The notes under the pieces were generated by a model, which did no database searches, was not told the DNA's origin, and worked only from the letters and a program-made list of their open reading frames with translations. Below are positions 15,616 to 24,116 of a stretch of 24,116 bases of DNA, piece after piece (the stretch's first letter is position 1; each line of letters opens with the position of its first letter). The DNA is taken from the NCBI GenBank assembly GCA_038217285.1, contig JBBQPO010000062.1:1-24116 (forward strand). The letters are read 5' to 3'. The translations under genes and the position numbers were made by a program. The stretch comes from Chthonomonadales bacterium (lineage in GTDB: Bacteria; Armatimonadota; Chthonomonadetes; Chthonomonadales; Chthonomonadaceae).

Positions 15616-15725
15616 CGCGCTTCGCTGGCTCTCAATAAGGAGGCTGCGGTGGAGCCACAGAAGGCAACCAATCCCGTCTTCTACCAGACGATCCTTGCTG
15701 TTGTCTTCCCACGCGAGAGGAACAG

Positions 15726-17519
15726 ATGGCCTGTACTCATCACAAGTTCATGGCGTTGTTTTTTCTGGGCGCTCTCCTGGCTCTGGCGGTGAGTTCATGG
15801 GGGCAGTCGCCCGTCGCGCTGCGTGAGCAAGCGACGAAGCAGATGGAAGCCAGGAACTGGACGGCAGCCTCCGCTCTCTACAGCGAGATCGTGCGAGCCA
15901 ACCCGTACAGCGCGACGCAGTGGCACAACTATGGCTATGCGCTGCATCGATCAAAGCAGTATGAGGAGGCGATCCGGGCGTGGGAGAAGGCGGACGAACT
16001 GGGTTTTGGCTGGTCGAGTCGGCAGGAAGCCTGGATGTGGGAAGAGGCCTGGGTCTGGTCGGTTGGACGCGGCGTTCCTGCTTACAATATCGCCCGCGCG
16101 CAAGCCATGCTGGGACACCGGGAACAGGCGTTACGTTCGCTGGCGCAGGCGCTGAAACAGGGCTTTAACAGAGACGATACGGTCCGCAACGAGCCGGACT
16201 TTGCCGCCATCCGCCAGGACGCGCGCTTTCGGGCGCTGCTTGGCATCCCCGCCCCGGGACTGTCACGAGAGGAACAGTGGCGGTTCGATCTGGACTACAT
16301 GGCGCGGCGCATGGAACATGTGCATGTCAATCTGTACAGGAAAGTGTCGCGCAAGCGGTTTCAAGGCGAGGTGTCGCGGCTGAAACACCGATTGCCTGGC
16401 TTAACGGACCACCAGATCGTCGTCGAGATCATGCGTATCATCGCGATGGCGGGCGACGGGCACACACACCTGCTCTGGCCCGATACCGGCCCGTATGCCA
16501 TGCCTAAATTTCCCATCGGATTCTATCGCTTCAAGGATGGTCTCTTCGTAAACGCAGCACCGCCCGCGTTCGCCGCCGCGGTCGGCGGACGTGTCATTCG
16601 CATTGGTGATAAGAGCGTGGAGGAAGCAAGCAAGGCCGTCGAGCCGCTCTGCTCGGTAGATGGGCCGATGGGCTACCTGGCAGAGGTTCCGCGCCTGCTC
16701 TGTTCCCCGCACGTTCTGGAAGCGGTCGGGATCATCAAGGACACAGCGCGTGTCCCGCTGGTGCTCGAGAAGGCGGACGGCAGCCGGACTACGGTGGAAC
16801 TGACCCTGTCTCCCCCAGATGTCAAAGGTCCCTGGGTAACGCTGAACGCCGCCGCAAAGTCCGCGCTTCCCCTCTACCGGTGGCATCCGGACGATTTCTA
16901 CTGGTTTGAACCGCTTCCGGAAGCCAGACTGATCTATTTCCAGTTCAACACCGTGGCGAACAAGAAGGACGAAAGTTTCGATGCCTTTTGTCACCGCATG
17001 ATGGCCTTTGCCAGAACCAGTCACGCAGAAAATCTTGTGATCGATCTCCGGCACAACGGCGGCGGCGACAGTTCTCTCAACAAAGCGCTCCTGCAAGAAC
17101 TGTTGTTGAATGACACGATCAATCGGAAGGGGCACCTCTTCACCATTATTGGACGCGACACCTTTTCGGCGGCGATGAACCTGGTTTGCGATCTAGAAAG
17201 CCGAACAAGCACTCTCTTTGTAGGCGAACCGACCTTATCCGGCCCGAACTTCGCCGGGCAGTTCAATCCCATCACCCTGCCCTGCAGCCATCTGACTCTC
17301 AGCTGCACTTCCCTGAACTGGCAACTTTCGTTCTCGTCCGACCGCAGACGCTGGATCGAGCCGGATATCGTCGCCGAGTTATCTTCGCAGGATGAAGCGA
17401 ACAACCAGGATCCTGCATTACAGGCTATTCTCCGCATCCTTCACGAGGGATCCCCGGTGGTGAAGGACTACTCCGGACCGGGACAGGATCGGGTGGTGTT
17501 CTGGAAGTCTCTGCGATAG
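15726..17519 (+). CDS. Secreted TPR-repeat protein with S41-peptidase-like domain (597 aa)
   Basis: Signal peptide, TPR-like helices (WHNYGYAL..YEEAI; AYNIARAQA), GDGHT, IDLRHNGGGD, TFSAA, VGEPT, IEPD motifs. Confidence 0.85.
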   Translation: MACTHHKFMALFFLGALLALAVSSWGQSPVALREQATKQMEARNWTAASALYSEIVRANPYSATQWHNYGYALHRSKQYEEAIRAWEKADELGFGWSSRQEAWMWEEAWVWSVGRGVPAYNIARAQAMLGHREQALRSLAQALKQGFNRDDTVRNEPDFAAIRQDARFRALLGIPAPGLSREEQWRFDLDYMARRMEHVHVNLYRKVSRKRFQGEVSRLKHRLPGLTDHQIVVEIMRIIAMAGDGHTHLLWPDTGPYAMPKFPIGFYRFKDGLFVNAAPPAFAAAVGGRVIRIGDKSVEEASKAVEPLCSVDGPMGYLAEVPRLLCSPHVLEAVGIIKDTARVPLVLEKADGSRTTVELTLSPPDVKGPWVTLNAAAKSALPLYRWHPDDFYWFEPLPEARLIYFQFNTVANKKDESFDAFCHRMMAFARTSHAENLVIDLRHNGGGDSSLNKALLQELLLNDTINRKGHLFTIIGRDTFSAAMNLVCDLESRTSTLFVGEPTLSGPNFAGQFNPITLPCSHLTLSCTSLNWQLSFSSDRRRWIEPDIVAELSSQDEANNQDPALQAILRILHEGSPVVKDYSGPGQDRVVFWKSLR

Positions 17520-17562
17520 GATCGGTGACAGACAGGGGCCTCTTGCCATCGTTCTAACTCGG

Positions 17563-17595
17563 TCGCTCTGGAAGAACGATGTCCTCCCAGAGCGA
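17563..17595. terminator. Hairpin between convergent genes, possible terminator
   Basis: TCGCTCTGG...CCAGAGCGA 9-bp stem. No canonical downstream U-tract on either strand. Confidence 0.4.
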
Positions 17596-17608
17596 AAAGT
17601 GAGGCTGG

Positions 17609-19261
17609 TTAGTGGGCCGTTTCTGCGGCGGCGGGTGCTTTTTTGTTGCTGCGCAGCAGGAAGATGGCGGGCGAGACGCAGAGCATGAAGAGGCCAATCA
17701 ATAGAAAGGCGTCGTTGTAGGACATCGTGCTGGACTGTTTACCGACGATATAACCGATAGCCTGCAGCGCCATGCTTTTCGCTGTCGCCAAATCGTAGCC
17801 TTTGGCGACGAAGCCGCCCGTGAGAACCTGCAGGCGTTGTTCTAACGCGGGGTTGCCCCGATAGAGGTCGGACATCAGAATGTTGTAGTGGAACGCGTTC
17901 ATGCGGCTCAGGTAGGTGCTCAAAATGGCGATGCCGAACGAGCCGCCCAACTGTCGGGTCAAATTGAGCAGACTGGAGCCTTGCGCGATCTCGATGCCTT
18001 TCAGACTGCTGAAGGCGGCCAGATTGATGGGGGTGAACAGCAGCCCCAGCCCGGCTCCGCGCAGAATCAGGGCCAGACGGGTATCGGTCTCCCCGCTCAG
18101 GGTTGTCAGGTGCCCCAGATCCCACATCGATAGCACGAAGAGGGCCAGTCCGATAACGATTACGACGCGTGGGGAGGTGAGCGGCTTTTTGCCACCCAAT
18201 AGCCGCCCGCAGATGATCGCGCTGATTCCGGTCGCGATGCCGCCGGGCATCAGCGTCAGGCCGGTGATCGTGGGTGTGAACCCCAGGATATTCTGTGCGA
18301 ACAGGGGAAAGATGAAAAGCCCCCCGTATAGCCCGAAGCCGAGCGCCAGGAAGAGAAACAGCGCGGCGGTCAGGTCACGATTTTTCAACACCTTCAGATT
18401 GACCACCGGCGAGCGATTCCGGGGCGACATCTCCCATGCGATCAGCGCGATCAACGCCACGGCGGCGATAATGCTCAAGGTCGTGATCAGCGGATCTTCG
18501 AACCAGTCCTTCTGGTTTCCCTCTTCCAGCACATACTGCAGCGATCCCAGACCTATGGCCAGCAGAAAGATTCCCGGCCAGTCCACCGCGATAGAGGCCA
18601 CCTTATGCTTCGAGTCGTTGAGAAACGCCCCTACGATCCCGGCGGAGATGAGACCGATAGGCAGATTGACGAAGAAGATCCAGGGCCAGGAGTAGTTGTC
18701 GGTGATCCAGCCGCCGACCGTCGGGCCGATAGTCGGGGCGACGATGATACCGAGAATATAGAGGGCCTGCACGGTCCCCTGCTGCTCTTTCGGAAATATC
18801 TCCCGGAGTGTGGCCTGAGCGGTCGAAAGGAGTGCGGCGCCTCCGGCTCCTTGAATGATTCGCCAGAAGATCAGTTCGATGAGAGTATGCGAGGTGCCGC
18901 AGAAGAAGGAGGCGACCAGGAACAGCAGAATCGACCCGACGAGATAGCGCTTGCGCCCGAACCGGGAAGAGAGCCATGCGGTCATCGGCAGCACAATGAC
19001 GTTGGACAGAATATAGCCGGTGGAGACCCACCCAATCTCTTCGCGGGTGGCTCCGAGGTTCCCGGCCATCTGCGGCAGCGCCACATTGACGATGGTTGTG
19101 TCGAGCACTTCCAGAATTGCGGCGGTGATGAGACCGATCAGAATGATCCATCGGTAGGGATTAAGTTCTTCCTCCGCGCCCGTTGTTGGGGCGCTTCGGA
19201 CGGGCGGTTGCGTATCGTTTGGGCGGCTCGCACCGGGCGCAGCCGTGGTTTGTGTTGCCAA
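17609..19261 (-). CDS. DHA2 (EmrB/QacA) family MFS efflux permease (550 aa)
   Basis: LDTTIVNVALP, RFGRKR, RIIQGAGG, APTIGPTVGGWI, WPWIFFVNLPIG, RQLGGSFG motifs. TTG start after GAGG. Confidence 0.95.
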   Translation of the reverse strand: MATQTTAAPGASRPNDTQPPVRSAPTTGAEEELNPYRWIILIGLITAAILEVLDTTIVNVALPQMAGNLGATREEIGWVSTGYILSNVIVLPMTAWLSSRFGRKRYLVGSILLFLVASFFCGTSHTLIELIFWRIIQGAGGAALLSTAQATLREIFPKEQQGTVQALYILGIIVAPTIGPTVGGWITDNYSWPWIFFVNLPIGLISAGIVGAFLNDSKHKVASIAVDWPGIFLLAIGLGSLQYVLEEGNQKDWFEDPLITTLSIIAAVALIALIAWEMSPRNRSPVVNLKVLKNRDLTAALFLFLALGFGLYGGLFIFPLFAQNILGFTPTITGLTLMPGGIATGISAIICGRLLGGKKPLTSPRVVIVIGLALFVLSMWDLGHLTTLSGETDTRLALILRGAGLGLLFTPINLAAFSSLKGIEIAQGSSLLNLTRQLGGSFGIAILSTYLSRMNAFHYNILMSDLYRGNPALEQRLQVLTGGFVAKGYDLATAKSMALQAIGYIVGKQSSTMSYNDAFLLIGLFMLCVSPAIFLLRSNKKAPAAAETAH

Positions 19262-19441
19262 AATAGTTTCCTCACCAAACGGCGCCCGGGTCTGTGCAAG
19301 AGACTCCCGCCGACAGGTAAAATGGCGGGAACGCTACGATACTTTACGCTTGAGAACAGCAAAACTACGCACTTCGGCGAAACTTGTCTCGTGTGGCGTG
19401 GCGAGAGAAGGGCGTGCAGCGATGGGAACTGGCCCGCCGCA

Positions 19442-22333
19442 TCAAAATAATGTATCGATCGGATCGCCCGCCAGCAGCGCCTGCACGACGCGGTCAGGAA
19501 GAGCATCGGAAGGAGATCGCCTTTCCGACGGTGCTTCGGAGGCACGGGGAGTATGGACGTCGTGGGCGAGCGGCCCGACGCGAGCGGTCAGACCTCCTCG
19601 CAAAGCCTGCACGACCGGTTCCGACGGCACCTCCAGCACACCTAGGGTTGTAAACAGGCTGTTGGCCCAGGTGTAGCCTCGGTTGCGGCCCAGATTTCCG
19701 CAGAGGATCAGATGTTCGCGGGCGCGGGTCATGGCGACGTAGAGCAGACGGTCGTACTCTTTTCGGTCTGCTTCTTCACGTCTCTGCGCGATGGCCCGGT
19801 AGGCGAGATTCGGCTCCCCGCCGAGTTTTGTTCCGATAGCGAACGTCAGCGGTTCGCAGACAAACAGTCCGCGCTCCGGCACAATCAGATTCCGGGAGAG
19901 ATCAGCGAGCACGACGACCGGGAACTCCAGCCCCTTCGCACTGTGAATGGTGAGGAACCTGACGACATCGGCGGCCTCTTCTTCGGTCGGTGCGTCGCCT
20001 TCGCGGGCAGTGAGCCGTTCCATGTCGCGGACCCGGTAGATGAATTCGCGGATGCCCATGGTCCAGTCGGTGTTCGCCATCTGAAGCAGTTTGCGCACAT
20101 TCGCCAGCCGCCGCCTGCCGTTGGGCCTACAAAGGAGACGGGCGTCGTACAGAGTCTGGGAGATCAACCGTTCCAGCAGATGCCCCACCGGCAGACGATC
20201 CTCCTGCTCCCGCAGCCGGTCGAGGATCTGGACGAACGCCTTTAGCTTCGCCGCTTCGCTGGCCGGGAATGCGGGATCCTCGTGCAGCCTGTAGAGCGCG
20301 GGATAGAGAGCGCCTTCGGATTTGCGGCCTGTGTTCGTGGCCGCTCCCTGTGTGCCGTCGTCCTGAGCCAGTCGCGTCAGGCGTGTCAGGGTGTCCATGT
20401 CCGCGCCGACGAAAGGCGAGCGCAGGGTCGCCGCAAGCGCCACATCGTTCAGGGGAGTGTCCAGGACGGTCAGGACATTGACGAGGTCGCGTATCTCCGA
20501 CCGGGCGTAGTAGCCGCGCCCGCCGCCGACGACAAAGCAGGGTAGACCGCGCCGCGCAAAGGCCTCTTCATACTTCTGTATATCGGTCAGCGCGCGGAAC
20601 AGCACGGCAATATCCCGATAGGACACGCGCTCCCCACAGCGGGGATCGGACTGTGCGGTCAGGGTCAGTTCGCGATCTTCCACCAGGCGTTCGATCCGGG
20701 CCGCCAGTGCCTCCGCCTCCAGGGTCACATAGTCGCGCCGATAGATGCCTTCGGTCAGCAGCAGTTCGAGGCTGTGCGTCGTTTTGACATCGAAATCGGC
20801 GCCGGGAGTGAGCGGTACGAACGGCGTCTCCTCCTGTCGCCAGGCCTCGCTGAACACCTTGCCGATGACCTGCAGAATCTCCGGACGAGAACGAAAGTTG
20901 GCGGCGAGCTGCACATGGGTCCCGGCCCCCTCCTCTCGGTAACGGCGCTCCAGCCCACGGAAGAGAGAGGGATCGGCGCTGCGAAATGCGTAGATGCTCT
21001 GCTGCACATCACCAACGACAAAGAGGAAATTACGTGATACATTTGTATCCTTAAAATTCTTTGGGACATGCAGCAGTTCCAGGAGACGCATCTGAAGCGC
21101 ATTGGTGTCCTGAAACTCGTCTACCATCAGATGTCGGAACTGACGCCGATACCGGTTCCGGACAGTCGCGGACGCCTCCAGAAGCCGAACCCCTTCGGCC
21201 TGGAGGTCATCATTGTCCAGAGCGCCGCGCGCGGCTTTTGCCTCGTCATAAGCCTCCCAAACGGCCAGGGCCAGACCCCAGAGGTTATGACAGTGCCAGG
21301 CTTTCTCCTCTTCTTTACCGGTGGTCTGGAGGAAGAGCGTCTGCACCCCCTCGGAGAGGGCTTTGAGCCGTCCAAAGATCTGTGCCAACTCCATCTCTTG
21401 TCGGGTCGCGCCCAGACGCGGCCGCTGGTTCATCAGGGCCTTGTGAGCGGCTTCCAGAGCGGTGAGCGTCTCTTCGAAGCGGGCGTCCGTGTGCTCGGCA
21501 TTGCGTGCGGCGGTCAGAACCGGCTCGATCCAGAGGCGGGCGGTGCCGAAGGTGTGCGGTAGAGCGGCTTCCAGAGTCTCTCGAACGGCCTGGAGTTCGC
21601 GCTGTAGGGGCGCCAGCAGCATCCAGACGGGATTTTCGGAGGCGGACACGGTGATTTCCAGGCCAGCGCGCCAGTGTTGCTCCAGCTCTTGTCGGCTGCG
21701 GCCTGCGCCGCGCAGTTTCGCCAGTATGGATTCGACGCCTTCGGCAAGCGCCTGCAGCGGCTCACCGGTATCGCCATACTGCCGCTCGGTCTGTCCGGCT
21801 TCGAGGAGTGCGACGATGTCGGCATCGCCGTCCGCGTAAGCGCGCGCGGTCACCTGTTCGAAGGCCTGCCGCAACAACTGTCGGGCCTGCTTTTCGTCTA
21901 CGACTCGAAACTCGGGGTCAACGCCAGCCTCGAAGGGATTCTCCTGCAAAAGCCGGGAGCAAAAGCCGTGGATCGTGCTGATATAGGCGGTTTCCACCTG
22001 TCGGCGCTCGGCGACAAGGCGGTGACGATTCAGTTCGGTGACGATCCGCTGCTTCATCTCCTTCGTCGCTTTTTCGGTAAAGGTGATAACGAGGATGTTT
22101 TCAACCCCCGCCTGCTGTTCAGGAGGCAGTTCTGCGCGAAGGGTTCGGGTTATAATCCGTATAAAGCGTTCCACCAGGACGCCGGTTTTACCGGAGCCCG
22201 CCCCGGCGGCGACGACGACATCGTCGCCCAGGGTTTCGATGGCCTGCTTCTGTTCCGATGTAAACTCTCGCGCCACCGCCGCCCTGCTTTCTCCGTCGTC
22301 ATTCCAACAGACAGATGTATCTTGTGACCTCAC
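19442..22333 (-). CDS. AddA/UvrD-like SF1 DNA helicase (963 aa; start may be GTG 22276)
   Basis: AGAGSGKT, TFTEKA, STIHGFC, VDEFQD, VGDVQQSIYAFR, NFRS, TIHSAKGLEF, LLYVAMTRA. No evident C-terminal RecB-type nuclease. Confidence 0.92.
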   Translation of the reverse strand: MRSQDTSVCWNDDGESRAAVAREFTSEQKQAIETLGDDVVVAAGAGSGKTGVLVERFIRIITRTLRAELPPEQQAGVENILVITFTEKATKEMKQRIVTELNRHRLVAERRQVETAYISTIHGFCSRLLQENPFEAGVDPEFRVVDEKQARQLLRQAFEQVTARAYADGDADIVALLEAGQTERQYGDTGEPLQALAEGVESILAKLRGAGRSRQELEQHWRAGLEITVSASENPVWMLLAPLQRELQAVRETLEAALPHTFGTARLWIEPVLTAARNAEHTDARFEETLTALEAAHKALMNQRPRLGATRQEMELAQIFGRLKALSEGVQTLFLQTTGKEEEKAWHCHNLWGLALAVWEAYDEAKAARGALDNDDLQAEGVRLLEASATVRNRYRRQFRHLMVDEFQDTNALQMRLLELLHVPKNFKDTNVSRNFLFVVGDVQQSIYAFRSADPSLFRGLERRYREEGAGTHVQLAANFRSRPEILQVIGKVFSEAWRQEETPFVPLTPGADFDVKTTHSLELLLTEGIYRRDYVTLEAEALAARIERLVEDRELTLTAQSDPRCGERVSYRDIAVLFRALTDIQKYEEAFARRGLPCFVVGGGRGYYARSEIRDLVNVLTVLDTPLNDVALAATLRSPFVGADMDTLTRLTRLAQDDGTQGAATNTGRKSEGALYPALYRLHEDPAFPASEAAKLKAFVQILDRLREQEDRLPVGHLLERLISQTLYDARLLCRPNGRRRLANVRKLLQMANTDWTMGIREFIYRVRDMERLTAREGDAPTEEEAADVVRFLTIHSAKGLEFPVVVLADLSRNLIVPERGLFVCEPLTFAIGTKLGGEPNLAYRAIAQRREEADRKEYDRLLYVAMTRAREHLILCGNLGRNRGYTWANSLFTTLGVLEVPSEPVVQALRGGLTARVGPLAHDVHTPRASEAPSERRSPSDALPDRVVQALLAGDPIDTLF

Positions 22334-22407
22334 GTGTCACCGGTGTCGAAATTATGCCACAATAGTACACGATTACGAAAGAGCGTGTTTGCAGGGAAGG
22401 GGCAGCT

Positions 22408-23184
22408 ATGGGTCTGGTCTATTCGGTAGTCAATCAGAAGGGCGGCGTTGGGAAGACGACGACTGCCGTCAATCTAGCGACCTATATGGCCTTGCAGGGC
22501 GCGAAGACTCTGCTGATCGATCTGGACCCCCAGGGTAACGCGACGAGCGGCCTGGGCGTGGACAGAAACGGTGTCAAAGCCTCCACCTATGAGGTTTTGA
22601 TCGAAGGCAAGCCGGTCCTGGAAGCCCTGACGGTCACCTCCATCCCCAATCTCTCCCTTCTCCCGGCCACCCTGGACCTTGCTGGGGCCGATATCGAGTT
22701 AATGCCGCGGATCTCGCGCGAAAACTTTATGCGCCAGGCGCTGGAACCAGTGCGCGGAGAGTTCGAAGTGGTGTTGATCGACGCGCCGCCCTCTCTGGGC
22801 CTGCTGACTCTGAACGCCCTCGTGGCCTCCGACGCGATCATCATCCCGATTCAGACCGAGTACTACGCGCTCGAAGGCATCAGTCAGTTGCTGAAGACCA
22901 TCGATCTGGTAACCCGCCATCTAAATCCTACGCTTTACATTGCGAAGGTCATCCTGACGATGTACGACAATCGGACCCGTCTGGCCAATCAGGTCGTGGC
23001 CGATGTCAAGGACTTTTTTCGCGATAAGGTTTCGGAGACGATCGTACCGCGCAATGTACGCCTGTCGGAGGCGCCCAGTCATGGGCTGCCGATCGCGAAG
23101 TACGATGGACGCTCGCGTGGGGCGCTCGCCTATCAGGAGATAGCAAAGGAGATTTTAAGAGATGGAAAAGCGCGGACTAGGTAG
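22408..23184 (+). CDS. parA: Chromosome partitioning ATPase ParA/Soj
   Basis: NQKGGVGKTTT, DLDPQGNA, IDAPPSLG, EYYALEG, PRNVRLSEAPSHG. Confidence 0.97.
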   Translation: MGLVYSVVNQKGGVGKTTTAVNLATYMALQGAKTLLIDLDPQGNATSGLGVDRNGVKASTYEVLIEGKPVLEALTVTSIPNLSLLPATLDLAGADIELMPRISRENFMRQALEPVRGEFEVVLIDAPPSLGLLTLNALVASDAIIIPIQTEYYALEGISQLLKTIDLVTRHLNPTLYIAKVILTMYDNRTRLANQVVADVKDFFRDKVSETIVPRNVRLSEAPSHGLPIAKYDGRSRGALAYQEIAKEILRDGKARTR

Positions 23185-24094
23185 AGGTCTCTCGGCCCTG
23201 ATTTCCGATTCGATGGACGACCAACGGGGCGCTCAGGTGCGGGAGATCCCGCTGACGGAGATCGTGCCCAACCCGTATCAGCCACGTACGCTCTTTGATC
23301 CGCTCAAGCAGGAGGAGCTCGTCGCCTCGATCAAAGAGCATGGCATCCTGCAGCCAGTTTTAGTGCGCCGTGTCGGACATGAGCGCTATCAGTTGGTAGC
23401 AGGCGAACGGCGGTTTCGCGCGGCCCAGGCTGCCGGGTTGCTGGTCATTCCTGCACTTGTCAAAGAGGTGGCAGATCGCCAGCAGTTGGAGATCGCCATC
23501 GTCGAGAACCTGCAGCGCGAAGATATCGGGGTGATGGAGGCGGCGCGGGCGTATCGCCGTATGATCGACGAGTTCAGCATGACTCAGGAGACGGTGGCGC
23601 AGAGACTCGCGAAGAGCCGCTCCTCGGTGGCGAACACCCTGCGCCTGCTCAATCTCCCGGAGGAGGTGCAGGACTGTATCGAGCGTGGGGAGATCTCGGA
23701 GGGCCACGGCCGCGCCCTGATGATGGCAGAGGAGTCTTCGACGATTTTGAAGGCCCTTCAGAACGTTATAAAAAGAGGGCTCTCCGTACGCGACACGGAG
23801 AAACTGGCCAAGGAGATGCGTTCCTCGGCCCTGACAGCGGCCACAAGCGCCTCCTCAACCACTGCGAACCCATCGCGCGAGTCGTCTGCGGGAGATTCGG
23901 CCCGAAATTCCGAGCGTCCGAATGCTTCCGATCCGAATGAAGCCGCGCTTCTGGACGAGTTACAGCAGATGCTGCAAACGAAAGTCGCTCTGCGCCGCAT
24001 GCCTGGTGGATCCGGACGTGTGGAGATTGAGTTCTACTCCGGTGACGATTTGGCGCGTATTTTGGAGACGGTTCTCTCAATTCGTTCGCGCTAG
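23162..24094 (+). CDS. parB: Chromosome partitioning protein ParB/Spo0J
   Basis: KRGLGRGL, PNPYQPR, GILQP, AGERRFRA, ENLQRED, HTH region KSRSSVANTLRLL. Overlaps the parA end. Confidence 0.97.
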   Translation: MEKRGLGRGLSALISDSMDDQRGAQVREIPLTEIVPNPYQPRTLFDPLKQEELVASIKEHGILQPVLVRRVGHERYQLVAGERRFRAAQAAGLLVIPALVKEVADRQQLEIAIVENLQREDIGVMEAARAYRRMIDEFSMTQETVAQRLAKSRSSVANTLRLLNLPEEVQDCIERGEISEGHGRALMMAEESSTILKALQNVIKRGLSVRDTEKLAKEMRSSALTAATSASSTTANPSRESSAGDSARNSERPNASDPNEAALLDELQQMLQTKVALRRMPGGSGRVEIEFYSGDDLARILETVLSIRSR

Positions 24095-24116
24095 GTTTTG
24101 GAAAGGAGTGCAGGAA

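Noticed and set aside
22324-22340. GTGAC-CTCACGT-GTCAC upstream of parA as parS
   Set aside because: Only the TCACGTG core matches and the arms do not. It could be an operator but support is weak.
10492-24080. Many long overlapping alternative-frame and antisense ORFs
   Set aside because: Expected in GC-rich DNA. They have no recognisable motifs and overlap well-supported genes.
22334-24116. oriC near parAB
   Set aside because: No DnaA-box cluster or unwinding element seen in the window.

Overview
The window has two parts. Right part (10554-24094) is ordinary chromosomal content: two coupled MDR-family dehydrogenases, a GNAT acetyltransferase, a stand-alone 2-oxoacid dehydrogenase E2, a TPR/S41-peptidase-like secreted protein, a DHA2 MFS exporter, an AddA/UvrD-like helicase with no evident nuclease domain, and parA-parB. 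Left part (1-~10550) is an accessory tract starting right after the stop codon of the second dehydrogenase. It is a head-to-tail, minus-strand array of type II toxin-antitoxin-like modules (PIN/VapC, PemK/MazF) plus a Uma2 nuclease gene, with cargo genes in between (14xWD40+FG-GAP protein, DUF4419 fusion, small membrane protein). Four modules start with the same motif, GTTCTGGTACAATA, 31-33 nt upstream of their ATG. Several toxins are truncated while their antitoxins are intact. About 9.6 kb of the tract lies between two copies of a ~123-bp diverged direct repeat made of the dehydrogenase 3' end plus that leader, and no integrase is present. The Uma2 gene is split seamlessly by a tnpB-only IS200/IS605 element (1878-3258). 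A probable ISKra4-type right end lies at the left edge. Gene style suggests Armatimonadota, which is only an impression. All family assignments come from motif recognition by eye, not database searches.
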